In this document: positions 38,289-50,401 of the stretch, piece after piece
How positions within the stretch are numbered: position 1 is the first letter of the stretch
Layout: each line of letters begins with the position of its first letter
Assembly (NCBI RefSeq): GCF_003018255.1
Contig: NZ_CP027440.1
From: Escherichia coli
Lineage (GTDB): Bacteria > Pseudomonadota > Gammaproteobacteria > Enterobacterales > Enterobacteriaceae
DNA length: 64,000 bases
Reading direction: 5' to 3' (one strand)
The notes under the pieces: generated by a model
What the model saw: the letters and a program-made list of their open reading frames with translations, nothing else
Databases searched by the model: none
Told to the model about the DNA's origin: nothing
Position numbers and translations under genes: made by a program

Positions 38289-39511
38289 AGGGTGTCTCCT
38301 GCAAACCGGAGGGAGGAAAGAAAAGAGCGACCATTTTGTGGCGGTGGCGCGCGGAAAAATTCACATACGGTAGCCCCCACATCAGAAAGCGTGGTGAGCA
38401 CACCAAGCTGCGTAGCGACCATCCCTTGCTGATAAACCAGCACTGGCACCACTTCGCGGGTATGGTGGCTGTGACCAATGGTCGGATCGTTACCGTGATC
38501 CGCCATCACGACCAGGCAATCATCTGGCTGCATCGCCTCAATAAGCCGGGCAAGGTTACGGTCAACGACCTGCAAACGTTCCGCATAACGTGCGACGTCT
38601 TCTGCATGACCAGCGAGGTCGGTTTCCTGGATATTGGTACAAATAAACGCCGTCGGATGGGTGTTAAATTCGTTGAAGGTGATATCCATAATCCGCTGGC
38701 TATCCACCAGGTTTTGCCAGCTCACGCCATAAGGATTACTGGCAATATCCGCCACTTTCCCCACCAGCACGGTTGGTACGCCCACTTCATACAGTTTTTG
38801 TGGCACCTGCACTTTTTCATCGACGCCGTAGCCCATATGCACGACCTGGAAGCCGTTGTCATAAGCGCCAGAACGCGGCGCATTGATGCCAATAAAGCGC
38901 CCTTCTTTGCTTTCTGCGGCATCGAGGATGCGCTGGCTGTCGGTTAACAGGCCACCAAATGTAATGACCCGACCGACCTGTACCTGCTCACGCACGATAC
39001 GACCAATTTTGATTGCGTCGTCAAAAGAGATCACAGAGAGATTGGCGGTGATGTTATAGACCTGACCTAAATCCGCCTCGAGATTATCGCCAATCGCAAC
39101 CGCCTGATTGACCCACAGAAATTGCAGATCATCGCCACGGCGCTCCACCTGCCAGTCAGCGTTAAGTAATGCTTGCTCAACACGGTCAATCACATCGCGA
39201 AAGGGCATCCGTAGCGGCGGTAACGGGCGCGTGCCTAAAATTTCCTGATGCCCCATAAAGGTATCGCCACCTTCATGTTGCAGCTCTGCCACGCCCCAGG
39301 TTGCGGAGTCTGACGGCTGCATATCTCCAGGCGCATAACCTAATGCGTTGATTAGCCCCATTTTCTCCAGCATTGGTAGCTGCAAATGCGGCAACTGGCT
39401 CAGGATGTGACCACAGGTATTTGCCCCGGCATCCTGCGGACGCACCAACGTGACATCTTTCATTGCCCCTACGCCAAAGCTATCAATCACTAACACCACA
39501 AATCGCGCCAT
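38285..39511 (-). CDS. yhfW: Uncharacterised phosphopentomutase-like / metalloenzyme-superfamily protein YhfW
   Basis: 408-aa [17 protein letters not shown]... and ...[21 protein letters not shown] (DeoB-like metal site); 4-nt overlap with php. Confidence 0.85.
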   Translation of the reverse strand: MARFVVLVIDSFGVGAMKDVTLVRPQDAGANTCGHILSQLPHLQLPMLEKMGLINALGYAPGDMQPSDSATWGVAELQHEGGDTFMGHQEILGTRPLPPLRMPFRDVIDRVEQALLNADWQVERRGDDLQFLWVNQAVAIGDNLEADLGQVYNITANLSVISFDDAIKIGRIVREQVQVGRVITFGGLLTDSQRILDAAESKEGRFIGINAPRSGAYDNGFQVVHMGYGVDEKVQVPQKLYEVGVPTVLVGKVADIASNPYGVSWQNLVDSQRIMDITFNEFNTHPTAFICTNIQETDLAGHAEDVARYAERLQVVDRNLARLIEAMQPDDCLVVMADHGNDPTIGHSHHTREVVPVLVYQQGMVATQLGVLTTLSDVGATVCEFFRAPPPQNGRSFLSSLRFAGDTL

Positions 39512-40674
39512 TACGCCCCCAGAGAGTTTCCAAGACTGTCATAACGACCGACGATTTCTGGTTCGCCACGGTGAATACCGGACAGCAACACCACATCGCT
39601 ACGGGTGACAAAAATCTGCGTGCGAAAACAGAGCACTACTGCACTGCTTACCGGAAACTCGCCTGCCAGCGGCAGGGTGTAGTCGATACTGCTGTCATCC
39701 ACAGTTTTGAGATTGGTTTCAGTAATCTTTTGATTTTCTGGCGTAAACACCAGCGCATGTTGCGCGTGACCACGACGGTAGTAACCGCCGCCGTAGCAGT
39801 AGCTGTCGCCACGAAAATGATGGGAGATTTCACTTAACCAGAGCATCGCGATACGTTCAGGCTGATCGCCCTGCTGGTTTGCCGGAATCGTCCCCGTCAG
39901 CGCATGACCGGGTTCGGCATGAGTCACACCGTATTCCGCCAGCAATGGCAGCGAAGTGCAGCTGGTCGCAGAAGGTGCGTTCAGTTGCTCAATCGCAATA
40001 CCAGATTTCGCCAGTTGATCCCGTGCCTGTATCAGCGTGTGAAGATTCGGTGTCGGCAAAACTTTCCCGGCAGCCTCATCCCAAAGCAGGCAAGGGAAAT
40101 GGGTTAGTCCGGCTAAATGCAGCCCCGGCAGTTTCTTAATATCAGCAACCACCTCGTGCAGCGAATGCTGTACAAAACCGCTCTCCTGCCCCGGATAAAG
40201 AAAATCATCGTCGCTATAAACTTTGAGCAGCACAGACTGCACACGTCCGGCCTTCACCGCTGCTGCAGAAACTTCCCGCGCTTTATCGAGAGTAAACACG
40301 GTGATGACGTCAGTTCCCTGTGCAACGGCGTCAGAAACCTGGTGACAAGGGATTTGCACCAGATGCCCCTGATGCGCCAACGGCAGACCGGCGCGGCGCA
40401 TGACCCGCGCCTCTTTGTAATCCACCGCCACAATGCCGCTGTAGCCCAGTGCCAGAAGTTTTTCCGCCAGCCACGGATTACGGCCAAACTGCTTGGTCAT
40501 CAGATACAGTTCAATGCCGTAAAGTCGCGCCGTCTCAATCAGCCGCTTACCGTTTTCCAGTATCTGATCCACATCGATCACCCAGCTGTCCGGGGCGATC
40601 TTGCCCTGCTGCCACAAACTTAGTGCGGCGGAAATCAGCGCCGGGTTCTGGCGTTTCAATGCTTCTACAAACAT
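39511..40674 (-). CDS. yhfX: Uncharacterised alanine-racemase-fold PLP-binding protein YhfX
   Basis: 387-aa; fold-type III PLP barrel by memory ([13 protein letters not shown]); 1-nt overlap with yhfW. Confidence 0.85.
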   Translation of the reverse strand: MFVEALKRQNPALISAALSLWQQGKIAPDSWVIDVDQILENGKRLIETARLYGIELYLMTKQFGRNPWLAEKLLALGYSGIVAVDYKEARVMRRAGLPLAHQGHLVQIPCHQVSDAVAQGTDVITVFTLDKAREVSAAAVKAGRVQSVLLKVYSDDDFLYPGQESGFVQHSLHEVVADIKKLPGLHLAGLTHFPCLLWDEAAGKVLPTPNLHTLIQARDQLAKSGIAIEQLNAPSATSCTSLPLLAEYGVTHAEPGHALTGTIPANQQGDQPERIAMLWLSEISHHFRGDSYCYGGGYYRRGHAQHALVFTPENQKITETNLKTVDDSSIDYTLPLAGEFPVSSAVVLCFRTQIFVTRSDVVLLSGIHRGEPEIVGRYDSLGNSLGA

Positions 40675-40757
40675 CTTGTTGCCTCGTTTCTGTTCCTTGA
40701 ATTAAATATTCATTTTTCTGAATATTTAGATTATGCGACGTGGATTTGTCGGGAGCT

Positions 40758-41120
40758 TCAAACCTCTTCGTTAGCAGCCATCCATAATCCATAAAGATTA
40801 GCCAGCAAATAGCCTTCTTCACACGGCTTAACTTCCAGTGCGAATTCCTTCAACAACACCTGATGCAATTGCACAACGGCTTGCCAGTGGCTGGATTGCG
40901 CCAGCTCTGCCAGCAATTCGTCATCCAGCGGCTCTATTTCTTCACCACGGCGACTGCGCATCAGTGCGCTCGCCATATGTGTCATCGCCATCATTCCTTG
41001 CTCGCTGCGCACCGGTAGATGACACTCTGTTTCCAGTACGTTGACGACCTGCATCATGCCTTTGCAGATGTCCTTATCAATAACGCCTGCCTCACAAAGC
41101 AGGTTGAGTCTGGTTTCCAT
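40758..41120 (-). CDS. yhfY: Uncharacterised small protein YhfY
   Basis: ATG at 41118-41120 (METRLNLLCEAGVIDKD..., 120 aa); the 160-aa ORF-track version would overlap yhfZ. Confidence 0.75.
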   Translation of the reverse strand: METRLNLLCEAGVIDKDICKGMMQVVNVLETECHLPVRSEQGMMAMTHMASALMRSRRGEEIEPLDDELLAELAQSSHWQAVVQLHQVLLKEFALEVKPCEEGYLLANLYGLWMAANEEV

Positions 41121-41136
41121 TTCAGATGCCTTTCGT

Positions 41137-42042
41137 TTAATAACTCGGTTCCTGTTCCCCACTGACCACTCGTTGTTGATGGGCAAGCAGGGCCTGTTTA
41201 TCAACAACTGCACGCAGCAATTGTTGCATTGGGTAATCATCGACTCGCGTCAAAACTACGGCTTCGGTGGCCTGTAAAAATCGCGGATCGTCTGTGAGCG
41301 GCGTCGCTTCTAATCCCAGCATGGTCAGTTCGTTTTCCGCCACCACGTTCCAGATCACCGCATCAACATCGCCTTTAACAATGCGTTGTAAACTCTCGTG
41401 ATAAGAGAGATCGACTCGTTCCACATCACTATCGCCAAAAAAGACATCGGTCATGATTTTCTGATCCGCCGAACGGTTATCCAGCCCCACGCGATTCACG
41501 TTTGCGGACTCGCCTTTACGGCAAATCAACTGGTGCTCGCCAACGTAGGTGTGCGGCCCCAACTCCAGCGCGAGGCATAACCCTTTTTGCGTGAGATAAC
41601 TTTCCGCCGCCAGTCGGGAAACAACCGCCATGTCATACACGCCGTTAAGTAAACACTCCACGCGAATATCCGCGCCGCGCATGTGCGCATAGTAAAAAGG
41701 AATACCATCAAACTGAGCTTTCAATCCGCTCGCCAGGCCTTCGTACAAACGGGTATAGGGCAAGGGCATCGCGCACACCACATTGTTGATATCCACATGA
41801 CTCAGCAATGCTTTGTTATCCATTTCCACCAGATAACTGCCATTACGCCCACGGCGTTCTATCCGTATCGCTCCGCTTGATTCCAGCGTTTTCAACGCGG
41901 CCTGCGTCAGGCCAACGGATGAACGGCATTCAGTTGCCAGTTCATCTATGGTTTTCAGTCGATTACCGCACTTTTCACCCAACAAATAACGGGCCAGTGT
42001 CGTGATGACGACGCCTTCTTTTTTGATAAACGTTCGACGCAT
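41137..42042 (-). CDS. yhfZ: Putative HTH transcriptional regulator YhfZ
   Basis: 301-aa with N-terminal winged-helix-like segment (LARYLLGEKCGNRLKTIDELATECRSSVGLTQAALKTLESSGAIRIERRGRNGSYL). Confidence 0.8.
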   Translation of the reverse strand: MRRTFIKKEGVVITTLARYLLGEKCGNRLKTIDELATECRSSVGLTQAALKTLESSGAIRIERRGRNGSYLVEMDNKALLSHVDINNVVCAMPLPYTRLYEGLASGLKAQFDGIPFYYAHMRGADIRVECLLNGVYDMAVVSRLAAESYLTQKGLCLALELGPHTYVGEHQLICRKGESANVNRVGLDNRSADQKIMTDVFFGDSDVERVDLSYHESLQRIVKGDVDAVIWNVVAENELTMLGLEATPLTDDPRFLQATEAVVLTRVDDYPMQQLLRAVVDKQALLAHQQRVVSGEQEPSY

Positions 42043-42160
42043 AATAAATTTTCAGTAAATTGAATATTTATATCTTCAGGAATTTGAAGATAAGGCGCAA
42101 CAGCGAGATGTGGAAACGGCGAGGCACTTCACATTTTTTCGGATTATTGCAAATGAGGAT

Positions 42161-42186
42161 AAAAAAACCGGGTTTCCCCGGTTTCA
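42161..42186 (-). terminator. Intrinsic terminator downstream of trpS
   Basis: Minus strand reads ccgggg-aaa-cccgg followed by ttttttt. Confidence 0.55.
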
Positions 42187-42208
42187 GAGTGATGATAAAA
42201 GCAAAATT

Positions 42209-42299
42209 GCCTGATGCGCTACGCTTATCAGGCCTACATTTCCTTGCAATATGTGCATTACTTTGTAGGCCGGATAAGGCGTTCACGCCGCATCCGGCA
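42209..42299. repeat. BIME: two inverted REP elements
   Basis: gcctgatgcgctacgcttatcaggcctac (42209-42237) and gtaggccggataaggcgttcacgccgcatccggca (42265-42299). Confidence 0.8.
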
Positions 42300-42331
42300 T
42301 GAACAAAGCGCAATTTGCCAGCAATAGTGAA

Positions 42332-43336
42332 TTACGGCTTCGCCACAAAACCAATCGCTTCGTACACCGCTTTCAGCGTACGAGAAGCGTGTGCACTGGC
42401 TTTTTCCGCGCCATCTTTCATCACCTGTTGCAGGAAGGCTTCGTCATTGCGGAAACGGTGATAGCGTTCCTGCAATTCAGTCAGCATACCGGAAACGGCA
42501 TCAGCCACTTCGCCTTTCAGATGACCATACATCTTGCCTTCGAACTGTTTTTCCAGTTCCGGGATGCTCTGGCCCGTTACCGCAGAAAGGATATCCAGCA
42601 GGTTGGAAACGCCCGCTTTGTTCTGCACATCGTAGCGAACTACCGGCGGCTCGTCGGAGTCAGTGACCGCACGTTTGATTTTCTTCACTACCGATTTCGG
42701 ATCTTCCAGCAGGCCGATAACGTTATTGCGGTTATCGTCAGACTTGGACATCTTTTTGGTCGGCTCCAGCAGCGACATTACGCGCGCGCCAGATTTCGGA
42801 ATAAACGGCTCCGGCACTTTAAAGATCTCGCCATACAGCGCGTTGAAACGCTGGGCGATATCGCGGCTCAGTTCCAGGTGCTGTTTCTGGTCTTCACCGA
42901 CCGGTACCAGATTAGTTTGATACAGCAGGATGTCCGCAGCCATCAGCACCGGATAGTCAAACAGACCAGCATTGATGTTCTCGGCATAACGCGCAGATTT
43001 ATCTTTAAACTGCGTCATGCGGCTCAGTTCGCCGAAGTAGGTATAGCAGTTCAGTGCCCAGCCTAACTGTGCATGTTCCGGCACGTGGGACTGAACAAAA
43101 ATGGTGCTTTTCTCAGGATCGATACCACAAGCCAGATACAAGGCCAGCGTATCCAGCGTCGCTTTACGCAGCTTCTGTGCATCCTGGCGCACGGTGATCG
43201 CGTGTTGGTCAACGATACAGTAAATGCAATGATAGTCATCCTGCATGTTTACCCACTGACGCAGCGCACCCATGTAGTTACCAATGGTCAATTCACCTGA
43301 GGGCTGTGCGCCACTAAAAACGATGGGCTTAGTCAT
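42332..43336 (-). CDS. trpS: Tryptophan--tRNA ligase
   Basis: 334-aa class I aaRS with TIGN (HIGH-type) and KMSKS motifs. Confidence 0.97.
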   Translation of the reverse strand: MTKPIVFSGAQPSGELTIGNYMGALRQWVNMQDDYHCIYCIVDQHAITVRQDAQKLRKATLDTLALYLACGIDPEKSTIFVQSHVPEHAQLGWALNCYTYFGELSRMTQFKDKSARYAENINAGLFDYPVLMAADILLYQTNLVPVGEDQKQHLELSRDIAQRFNALYGEIFKVPEPFIPKSGARVMSLLEPTKKMSKSDDNRNNVIGLLEDPKSVVKKIKRAVTDSDEPPVVRYDVQNKAGVSNLLDILSAVTGQSIPELEKQFEGKMYGHLKGEVADAVSGMLTELQERYHRFRNDEAFLQQVMKDGAEKASAHASRTLKAVYEAIGFVAKP

Positions 43337-44087
43337 TTTTCGATTCCTGATTTTCGCTATGCGGAAGCCCTAATGCGGGCAGAAGGTCATTTATAGACTG
43401 ATAAATTACATCAGGCTGGCTGAGATCGATAGCCTCGCCGTAGTTATATCCGTAGGTTAAGCCAACTGATGGGCAACCTGCCGCTTTTGCTGCCTGAATA
43501 TCATTGCGTGAGTCGCCAACAAACAGCATCTGTTGTGGGGCAATTCCCATCCGCTCAGCCACCAGTAACAGCGGGTCCGGATGCGGTTTTTTGTTTTGCA
43601 CATCATCACCGCCGATAACCACGCTGAAGTATTTGGCGATATCTAAGGCTTCGAGCAGCGGCGCGACGAACGGCGTCGGTTTGTTGGTGACCAGGCCTAG
43701 CGGCAGGCCTTTAGCCTGCAATGCGCCCAGCGTATCGGCAACGTGCGGGAACAAAAACGTCCCCTCTTCGGCAACCTCGCCATAGTAGCGATCGAACAGT
43801 TTACGCAGAATACGTACCTGTTCTTCTGCCGGAATGTCGTCATCAACGGGCGGTTTACCCATTGTTTTACGCAGAGTCGCACGTTCCTGACGCGCCCAGG
43901 TCAATGCGCGCTCCATCAGAATATCTGCGCCGTTACCAATCCAGGTAATAACGCGTTCTTCACCTGCGACAGGCAACTCCAGCGCATACAGCGCCATATC
44001 TACCGCAGCAGCAAGACCGGGTGCACTGTCAACCAGCGTACCGTCGAGATCAAAAGCGACGCCGCGAATATCTTCAAACTTATTCAT
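43329..44087 (-). CDS. gph: Phosphoglycolate phosphatase (HAD superfamily)
   Basis: 252-aa with [10 protein letters not shown] motif; overlaps trpS start by 8 nt. Confidence 0.93.
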   Translation of the reverse strand: MNKFEDIRGVAFDLDGTLVDSAPGLAAAVDMALYALELPVAGEERVITWIGNGADILMERALTWARQERATLRKTMGKPPVDDDIPAEEQVRILRKLFDRYYGEVAEEGTFLFPHVADTLGALQAKGLPLGLVTNKPTPFVAPLLEALDIAKYFSVVIGGDDVQNKKPHPDPLLLVAERMGIAPQQMLFVGDSRNDIQAAKAAGCPSVGLTYGYNYGEAIDLSQPDVIYQSINDLLPALGLPHSENQESKND

Positions 44088-44757
44088 GACTTACCTTTGC
44101 CAGTTCACTGCGCATTTCATCAATGACTTTTTTGTAGTCTGGCTGGTCGAAGATTGCCGAACCAGCAACAAACATATCCGCGCCCGCCGCAGCGATTTCG
44201 CCAATGTTGTTCACCTTCACGCCACCGTCCACTTCCAATCGAATGTCAAAGCCAGACTCGTCGATACGACGACGTACTTCGCGCAGTTTATCCAGTGTTT
44301 GAGGAATGAAAGACTGACCGCCGAAACCAGGATTGACGGACATCAGCAGGATCACATCCAGCTTATCCATCACGTAATCCAGATAACTCAGAGGTGTCGC
44401 CGGGTTAAATACCAGACCCGCTTTACAGCCATTTTCTTTAATCAGTTGCAGCGTGCGGTCAACATGCTCGGAGGCTTCTGGATGAAAGGTAATGATGCTG
44501 GCACCAGCGGCAGCGAAATCAGGCACAATGCGATCGACGGGTTTCACCATCAGGTGTACGTCGATAGGGGCGGTAATGCCGTAGTTACGCAAGGATTTCA
44601 GCACCATTGGCCCAATAGTCAGATTGGGAACATAGTGGTTATCCATGACGTCAAAATGCACGACATCAGCGCCAGCTGCCAGGGCTTTTGCGGTATCTTC
44701 ACCCAGGCGGGCAAAATCAGCCGACAGAATTGAGGGGGCAATCAAATACTGTTTCAT
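44080..44757 (-). CDS. rpe: Ribulose-phosphate 3-epimerase
   Basis: 225-aa [22 protein letters not shown]...; overlaps gph start. Confidence 0.96.
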   Translation of the reverse strand: MKQYLIAPSILSADFARLGEDTAKALAAGADVVHFDVMDNHYVPNLTIGPMVLKSLRNYGITAPIDVHLMVKPVDRIVPDFAAAGASIITFHPEASEHVDRTLQLIKENGCKAGLVFNPATPLSYLDYVMDKLDVILLMSVNPGFGGQSFIPQTLDKLREVRRRIDESGFDIRLEVDGGVKVNNIGEIAAAGADMFVAGSAIFDQPDYKKVIDEMRSELAKVSHE

Positions 44758-44774
44758 CCGCTTCTCCTTGAGAA

Positions 44775-45611
44775 TTATTTTTTCGCGGGTGAAACGACTC
44801 CTGGTTTGTACAAAGCCAGCAGTTCGTCCACCTTTTTACGTGTGCCGCCGTTGCTGCTTATACTGCGTCGAACTTTGACGACATGCAATTTTGCGCGCTG
44901 ATACCACTCACGCGTTAACATCGTATCGTGATTGGAGATCAGCACTGGAATATGGCGATCAACCAGACCTTCGGCGATCTCCGCCAGATGCGCTTGTTGT
45001 TCAAGCGTAAAACTGTTTGTGTGATACGCCGTAAAGTTGGCGGTCGCAGACAGCGGCGCATAAGGCGGATCGCAATAGACGACGGATGCATCATCTGCGC
45101 GCGCCATGCTATCGGCGTAAGACTCACAGTAGAAAAAGGCATTCTGCGCTTTTTCAGCGAAGTGATACAACTCTGCTTCCGGGAAATAGGGTTTTTTGTA
45201 GCGGCCAAACGGCACGTTAAACTCACCGCGCAGATTGTAACGACACAGACCGTTGTAACCGTAGCGGTTCAAATATAAAAACAGTACCGCCCGACGGAAC
45301 GGATCCTGGCTTTTGTTGAACTCTTCGCGGAACTGATAGTAAACCTCGGCGCAATTTGTTTCGGGAACAAACAGCTCGCGTGCGGCCTGTACGTACTCAT
45401 CAGTACGCATCTTCACAATGTTATAGAGACTGATCAGGTCGCTATTGATATCGGCAAGGATATAACGAGAAAAGTCGGTGTTGAGAAACACCGACCCGGC
45501 ACCTACAAAAGGCTCAACCAGACATTCGCCCTTGGGCAAATGCCGTTTAATATCATCAAGCAGGGGATACTTGCCCCCTGCCCACTTCAAAAAAGCGCGA
45601 TTTTTCTTCAT
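44775..45611 (-). CDS. dam: DNA adenine methyltransferase (GATC)
   Basis: 278-aa with DPPY catalytic motif ([10 protein letters not shown]). Confidence 0.96.
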   Translation of the reverse strand: MKKNRAFLKWAGGKYPLLDDIKRHLPKGECLVEPFVGAGSVFLNTDFSRYILADINSDLISLYNIVKMRTDEYVQAARELFVPETNCAEVYYQFREEFNKSQDPFRRAVLFLYLNRYGYNGLCRYNLRGEFNVPFGRYKKPYFPEAELYHFAEKAQNAFFYCESYADSMARADDASVVYCDPPYAPLSATANFTAYHTNSFTLEQQAHLAEIAEGLVDRHIPVLISNHDTMLTREWYQRAKLHVVKVRRSISSNGGTRKKVDELLALYKPGVVSPAKK

Positions 45612-45717
45612 GCTGACTAACTAATTACACCTTCTCCGGCTGTGGAGAAAGCTCCGACAGCATCCAGCGCTTCAGGCAACTCCCGCGATGATAAACCATT
45701 GCGGGAGATAACCTTGA

Positions 45718-47004
45718 TTACTTCAGATCGGCCTGTACCTGACGCAGCGGTTTCGCCCACGGGTTTTTGGCCTGGACATCGGCTGGCAATGTAGATACCG
45801 CTTTTTTCGCCTCTTCTTTCGAAGCGTACACGCCAGAAACCAGGACATACCACGGCTGACCATTACGCGTCGTTTCATAGACAACGTAGTTTTTCAGATT
45901 CTCTTTCTTCGCCCAACCGTTCAGGTTGTCGTAGTTAGAGGAACTGCTCAGCTGCAGAGTGTAATGGCTGGACGGTGCCGATTTCAACGAACCAACATTA
46001 CCTGCGGTCTTCCCTCCAGCGGCTGGTGTTGCCGTGGTTTGCGCCGGGGATGCCGTCTGTACTGGAGCCGTAGTCGCCGTCTCTTTTGGTGCTGGCGTAG
46101 AAGTCGCAGCCGGTGCCTTCGTGCTTGCCACAGGAGCAGCTGGTTCAGTACGCTTCGGCGTCTGTGCTACCGGCTTCGGCTCCGTTTTCACGGTTGCTTG
46201 CGGTTTTTTCGGTTCAATCACCGCCTGCTGGCGAGCTGGACGCGTAGTGGCCGGACGTTCAGCGGTTTGCGTTTTCGCCGTGTCACGCGATGCATTGCCA
46301 TTGCGAACAGGCGCGACCGTCGCGGGTTCAGTCGGCAACGTGGAATTGACCGCCACATTATTCAACTGTTGCTGATTTTGTGGCTGGGTCAGCGCATTGT
46401 TCAGGTCACCCTGCACTTCAACACGTTGTTGACCATCCGTTGCCGCCGGGGTTTGCCCTTGAGTCGGCGTAGAAGAGATCGGCGGCAGAGAAACATCCTG
46501 CTGAGTATTTTCCGCAGACGTGGTTCCCGGCGCTGGCTGCACGCCATTCGCCTGATCGGTCGCATTGCCAGCAAGATCAATACTCTTCTCGCCAGACGCG
46601 GTTTGATCGCTGGAAGAGGTCGAGGGGGCTTTTAGCGCAGAACCGATACCGATGATCAACAGCAGGAGAACCAGAATGCCGACGCCCATCATCATATACT
46701 GACGAGAAGCGGGTTTACTGGCTGCTTTTTTGCGCTTACGTGGACGACGCTCTACGCGCTCTTCATCCACGGTTTCATCTTCGGATTCGTCAATTTCTTC
46801 TTCGAGTTCCGGTTCCTCATTGCGCTCTTTTTGCGCACGAGTCGGACGGCGATCGTCAGTGTCATCAAGTTCAATATCATCAAAATTGATCTGCGGTTCG
46901 CCACGTTCAGTACGCTCAGAACGTTCAGAAGATTGACGAGAACGACCAGTACGACGATCGCTGGGATCGGGTTTCAGCTCGTCTTCTGGTTTGAATTCAT
47001 CCAT
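45718..47004 (-). CDS. damX: Cell division protein DamX (SPOR domain)
   Basis: 428-aa: charged N-terminus, one TM helix, long P/T/A/Q-rich low-complexity region, C-terminal SPOR-like domain. Confidence 0.9.
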   Translation of the reverse strand: MDEFKPEDELKPDPSDRRTGRSRQSSERSERTERGEPQINFDDIELDDTDDRRPTRAQKERNEEPELEEEIDESEDETVDEERVERRPRKRKKAASKPASRQYMMMGVGILVLLLLIIGIGSALKAPSTSSSDQTASGEKSIDLAGNATDQANGVQPAPGTTSAENTQQDVSLPPISSTPTQGQTPAATDGQQRVEVQGDLNNALTQPQNQQQLNNVAVNSTLPTEPATVAPVRNGNASRDTAKTQTAERPATTRPARQQAVIEPKKPQATVKTEPKPVAQTPKRTEPAAPVASTKAPAATSTPAPKETATTAPVQTASPAQTTATPAAGGKTAGNVGSLKSAPSSHYTLQLSSSSNYDNLNGWAKKENLKNYVVYETTRNGQPWYVLVSGVYASKEEAKKAVSTLPADVQAKNPWAKPLRQVQADLK

Positions 47005-47095
47005 TTAACACCCCACTAAAAGGTTAATGCTTACCACGTTGCAATTAACCTGAAGCTAATAGACCGCTTGATAAGCGGCCTGACCTTTCTTGTTG

Positions 47096-48184
47096 TTACG
47101 CTGATTGACAATCGGCAATGGCGTTAAGAACAAGCTCGTGCGAAACGCCGCTGCGAACTTCACTCTTACCAATTGCCAACGGAAGAATTAAGCGCATCTC
47201 TCCCGCAAGGACTTTCTTGTCACGCAGCATATGCGGTAAATACGCCTGCGCAGACATTTCGCGCGGCCCATTGACCGGTAACCCAGCCCGCGTGAGCAGG
47301 GTTATAATACGCTGCGTTTCGGCAGAACTAAACTGCCCGAGACGTTCCGACGTCCGCGCCGCCATCACCATACCCGCAGCAACCGCTTCACCGTGTAACC
47401 AATTGCCATACCCCATTTCAGCTTCAATGGCATGACCAAAGGTGTGTCCCAGATTCAGTAAAGCACGTAACCCGGTTTCGCGCTCGTCGGCGGCGACAAC
47501 TTCTGCCTTCAGTTCACAACAACGGCGAATACAGTACGCCATTGCCGGACCGTCCAGACGCAACAACGCATCCAGATTCTCTTCCAGCCAGTTGAAAAAC
47601 GCACCGTCAAGAATAATGCCGTATTTGATGACTTCTGCCAGCCCCGACGCTAACTCACGCGGGGGAAGCGTTTTCAGACAGTCGAGATCCACCACCACTG
47701 AAGCAGGCTGGTAGAACGCGCCAATCATGTTTTTACCGAGGGGATGGTTGACCGCAGTTTTGCCGCCAACGGAGGAATCGACCTGCGACAGCAATGTCGT
47801 CGGGACTTGAATGAAACGTACACCGCGCTGATAACTCGCCGCCGCAAAGCCGGTCAGATCGCCCACTACGCCGCCGCCAAGCGCCACCAGCGTAGTATCG
47901 CGACCATGCGGCTTTTGTAACAACGCCGTAAAGACGGTATCGAGTACAGCCAGGCTTTTATACTGCTCGCCGTCAGGGAGGATAACGCTATCGACGTTAA
48001 CACCCGCCTGTTCAAGTACGCCGCGGACCTTATCGAGATACAGGGGAGCCAGGGTTTCGTTGGTAACCAACATGACCTGCTCGCCCGATTTCAGCGGTAA
48101 GAATGAAGCTGGTTCATTAAACAAACCAGATGCGATGGTAATTGGGTAACTACGTTCCCCGAGAGTAACGACAATCCTCTCCAT
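47096..48184 (-). CDS. aroB: 3-dehydroquinate synthase
   Basis: 362-aa [24 protein letters not shown]... Confidence 0.96.
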
Positions 48185-48240
48185 AACGCGACATCCACCT
48201 TAATTACTGTACCCGCAGACGAGTGTATATAAAGCCAGAA

Positions 48241-48762
48241 TTAGTTGCTTTCCAGCATGTGAATAATCTGGTTTGCAACCACTTTAGCGCTTTGATCATC
48301 AGTACGAATGGTCACGTCGGCAATCTCTTCATACAGCGGATTGCGTTCATTGGCCAACGCTTCCAGAACTTCACGCGGCGGTGTTTCAACGTGCAGCAAC
48401 GGGCGTTTTTTATCACGCTGCGTGCGTGCAAGTTGCTTTTCGATGGTCGTTTCAAGATAAACGACAACGCCACGAGCGGAAAGACGGTTACGCGTTTCAC
48501 GGGATTTCACAGAGCCGCCGCCAGTAGCCAGCACAATACCCTGTTTCTCGGTCAACTCATTGATGACCTTTTCTTCGCGATCGCGGAAGCCTTCTTCGCC
48601 TTCTAAATCGAAAACCCAGCCCACATCAGCTCCGGTTCGTTTCTCAATCTCTTGATCGGAATCGTAAAATTCCATATTGAGTTGTTGAGCTAACTGGCGC
48701 CCAATAGTGCTTTTTCCGGCACCCATAGGCCCAACCAGAAAGATATTGCGTTTCTCTGCCAT
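48241..48762 (-). CDS. aroK: Shikimate kinase I
   Basis: ATG at 48760-48762 ([25 protein letters not shown]..., 173 aa); the ORF-track 240-aa version is an upstream extension. Confidence 0.95.
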   Translation of the reverse strand: MAEKRNIFLVGPMGAGKSTIGRQLAQQLNMEFYDSDQEIEKRTGADVGWVFDLEGEEGFRDREEKVINELTEKQGIVLATGGGSVKSRETRNRLSARGVVVYLETTIEKQLARTQRDKKRPLLHVETPPREVLEALANERNPLYEEIADVTIRTDDQSAKVVANQIIHMLESN

Positions 48763-49162
48763 TTTTTCGGTACTACTAAGACTATTCGTTAATGATAAAC
48801 CCGCTTCGCTCAGAGAGCGCCGCAGGACATGAACTGAAACCTCATAAGATATTGCGAGAGTCAGACTGAAAATTATCTCAATACTCCAGCGGGTTTGGCA
48901 ACTGAATAAATCACCCATCCCTCTGCATATCTGGTCGCTGCAAGCGCGCTGCCTTGCTACCACCGCTCTGGCGATTAATCACCGGGTAAGATTAGCGTAA
49001 AAAAGACAGCAAAATGCCGCCTGAATGATAAATCATCATCATGGAACGCAGGCAGCGAAGAGCACCAACTCTCAAATCGGTACTCCTTGTATGCTAAATA
49101 CCTGCGCGCGTCAAATAGATGAAACACGTTCAGCGTAAAAACATTACCGCTTTTACGGCTGT

Positions 49163-50401
49163 TTACTCACTGGAAACCAGTCGTGGCGTGATAAACACCA
49201 CTAACTCGCGTCGTTCATCTTCTTTTCCGTCATGACGAAATAATTGCCCGAACCAGGGAATGTCGCCAAGCAACGGTACGCTATCCTGACCCGATTTATT
49301 TTTACGGGTAAAAATGCCGCCCAGCGCCAACGTTTCTCCGCTTTTGACCTCGACCTGCGTTTCGATCTCCTGCTTATCAATCGCCAACACTTCGCCATCG
49401 GCCTGCTGTAGCACCTGCCCCGGAACGTTCTGGCTGATGTGTAATTTCAGCCGGATGCGACCTTTTTGTAACACCGTGGGCGTAACTTCCATCCCCAGGA
49501 CGGCCTCTTTAAATTCCACCGACGTCGCGCCACTTTCCCCGCTGGAAACCTGATATGGAATTTCGCTCCCCTGTTTAATGCTGGCAGGCTGAAGATGTGA
49601 GGCCAGCAGACGCGGACTGGCGATAATATCCAGCTGCTGTTTTTGTTCGAGCGCGGAAAGCTCAAGATCCAGTAAACGTCCGTTGATGCGTCCAATGTTA
49701 AAACCGACATGCGTTGTCGCCGTCGCTACGGAGAGGTCGCTGCCAAGCGTGGTGACTTGCCCAACGCCACCAGCTTGCTGCGCATCAGCCAACGTCCATT
49801 TCACGCCTAACTCACGCAAACTTTTTTCATTAATGGTGACAATATGCGCCGACAGCTCAACCTGCCCGACCGGCAGATCCATTTGCGCTACCCACTGTTC
49901 AAGCGCGCTTAACGCCGTTTTGTTATCTCGCAGCAAAAGGCGATTGGTGCGTTTATCGACGGTCATACTCCCTTTGGCACTCAGTAGCTTCTCCCCGGCT
50001 TTCGCCAGTTCTCCCGCGTCGGCGTATTGCAGGGTTATACTGCGATTTTCCAGCGGCAGATTTGCCTGCGCCCGCGCCTGCTCCGCCTCCTGACGGGCGA
50101 TATTGTCATTCTGCCAGGCAACGGAATGCACCGAGAGAATGTTGCCCTCCTGGCGCGTTATCAATCCGGCGCTTTTCACTACAGTTTGTAGTGCCTGCTT
50201 CCAGGGAACGTCAGTTAAATGTAACGACACCGTACCGCTGACGTCTGGCGAAACCACCAGGTTCAACTTCTCCTGTTCAGCCAGCGCCTGCAACACCTGA
50301 GCTACCGGAACGTCATCCACCATCAGCGTCACTTTTTGCGGCTTTGCCGCCTGTACGCCGGGTATAAGCATCAACAGTAGTGCGGCTATCCATTGCTTCA
50401 T
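49163..50401 (-). CDS. hofQ: Secretin (PilQ/ComE-like) of DNA-uptake/type IV pilus machinery
   Basis: 412-aa with signal peptide MKQWIAALLLMLIPGVQA and C-terminal secretin domain. Confidence 0.9.
   Translation of the reverse strand: MKQWIAALLLMLIPGVQAAKPQKVTLMVDDVPVAQVLQALAEQEKLNLVVSPDVSGTVSLHLTDVPWKQALQTVVKSAGLITRQEGNILSVHSVAWQNDNIARQEAEQARAQANLPLENRSITLQYADAGELAKAGEKLLSAKGSMTVDKRTNRLLLRDNKTALSALEQWVAQMDLPVGQVELSAHIVTINEKSLRELGVKWTLADAQQAGGVGQVTTLGSDLSVATATTHVGFNIGRINGRLLDLELSALEQKQQLDIIASPRLLASHLQPASIKQGSEIPYQVSSGESGATSVEFKEAVLGMEVTPTVLQKGRIRLKLHISQNVPGQVLQQADGEVLAIDKQEIETQVEVKSGETLALGGIFTRKNKSGQDSVPLLGDIPWFGQLFRHDGKEDERRELVVFITPRLVSSE

Noticed and set aside
41121-41240. Extended 160-aa yhfY and 130-aa yhfU (37400-37438) ORF-track versions
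   Set aside because: Both extensions would overlap the upstream gene's 3' end; internal ATGs with better spacing give the lengths I remember for these proteins.
45964-46635. Arg/Cys/Gly-rich 223-aa ORF and neighbours antisense to damX
   Set aside because: Low-complexity artefact of the P/T/A/Q-rich damX linker region.
48763-48963. N-terminal extension of the aroK ORF (240-aa version)
   Set aside because: Shikimate kinase starts at [19 protein letters not shown] with its own ATG; the upstream 67 codons lack similarity and lie in the promoter region.
49128-49160. cgtaaaa-N10-ttttacg inverted repeat just downstream of hofQ, considered as its terminator
   Set aside because: Stem is AT-rich and short with no U-tract on the minus strand; not convincing as an intrinsic terminator.
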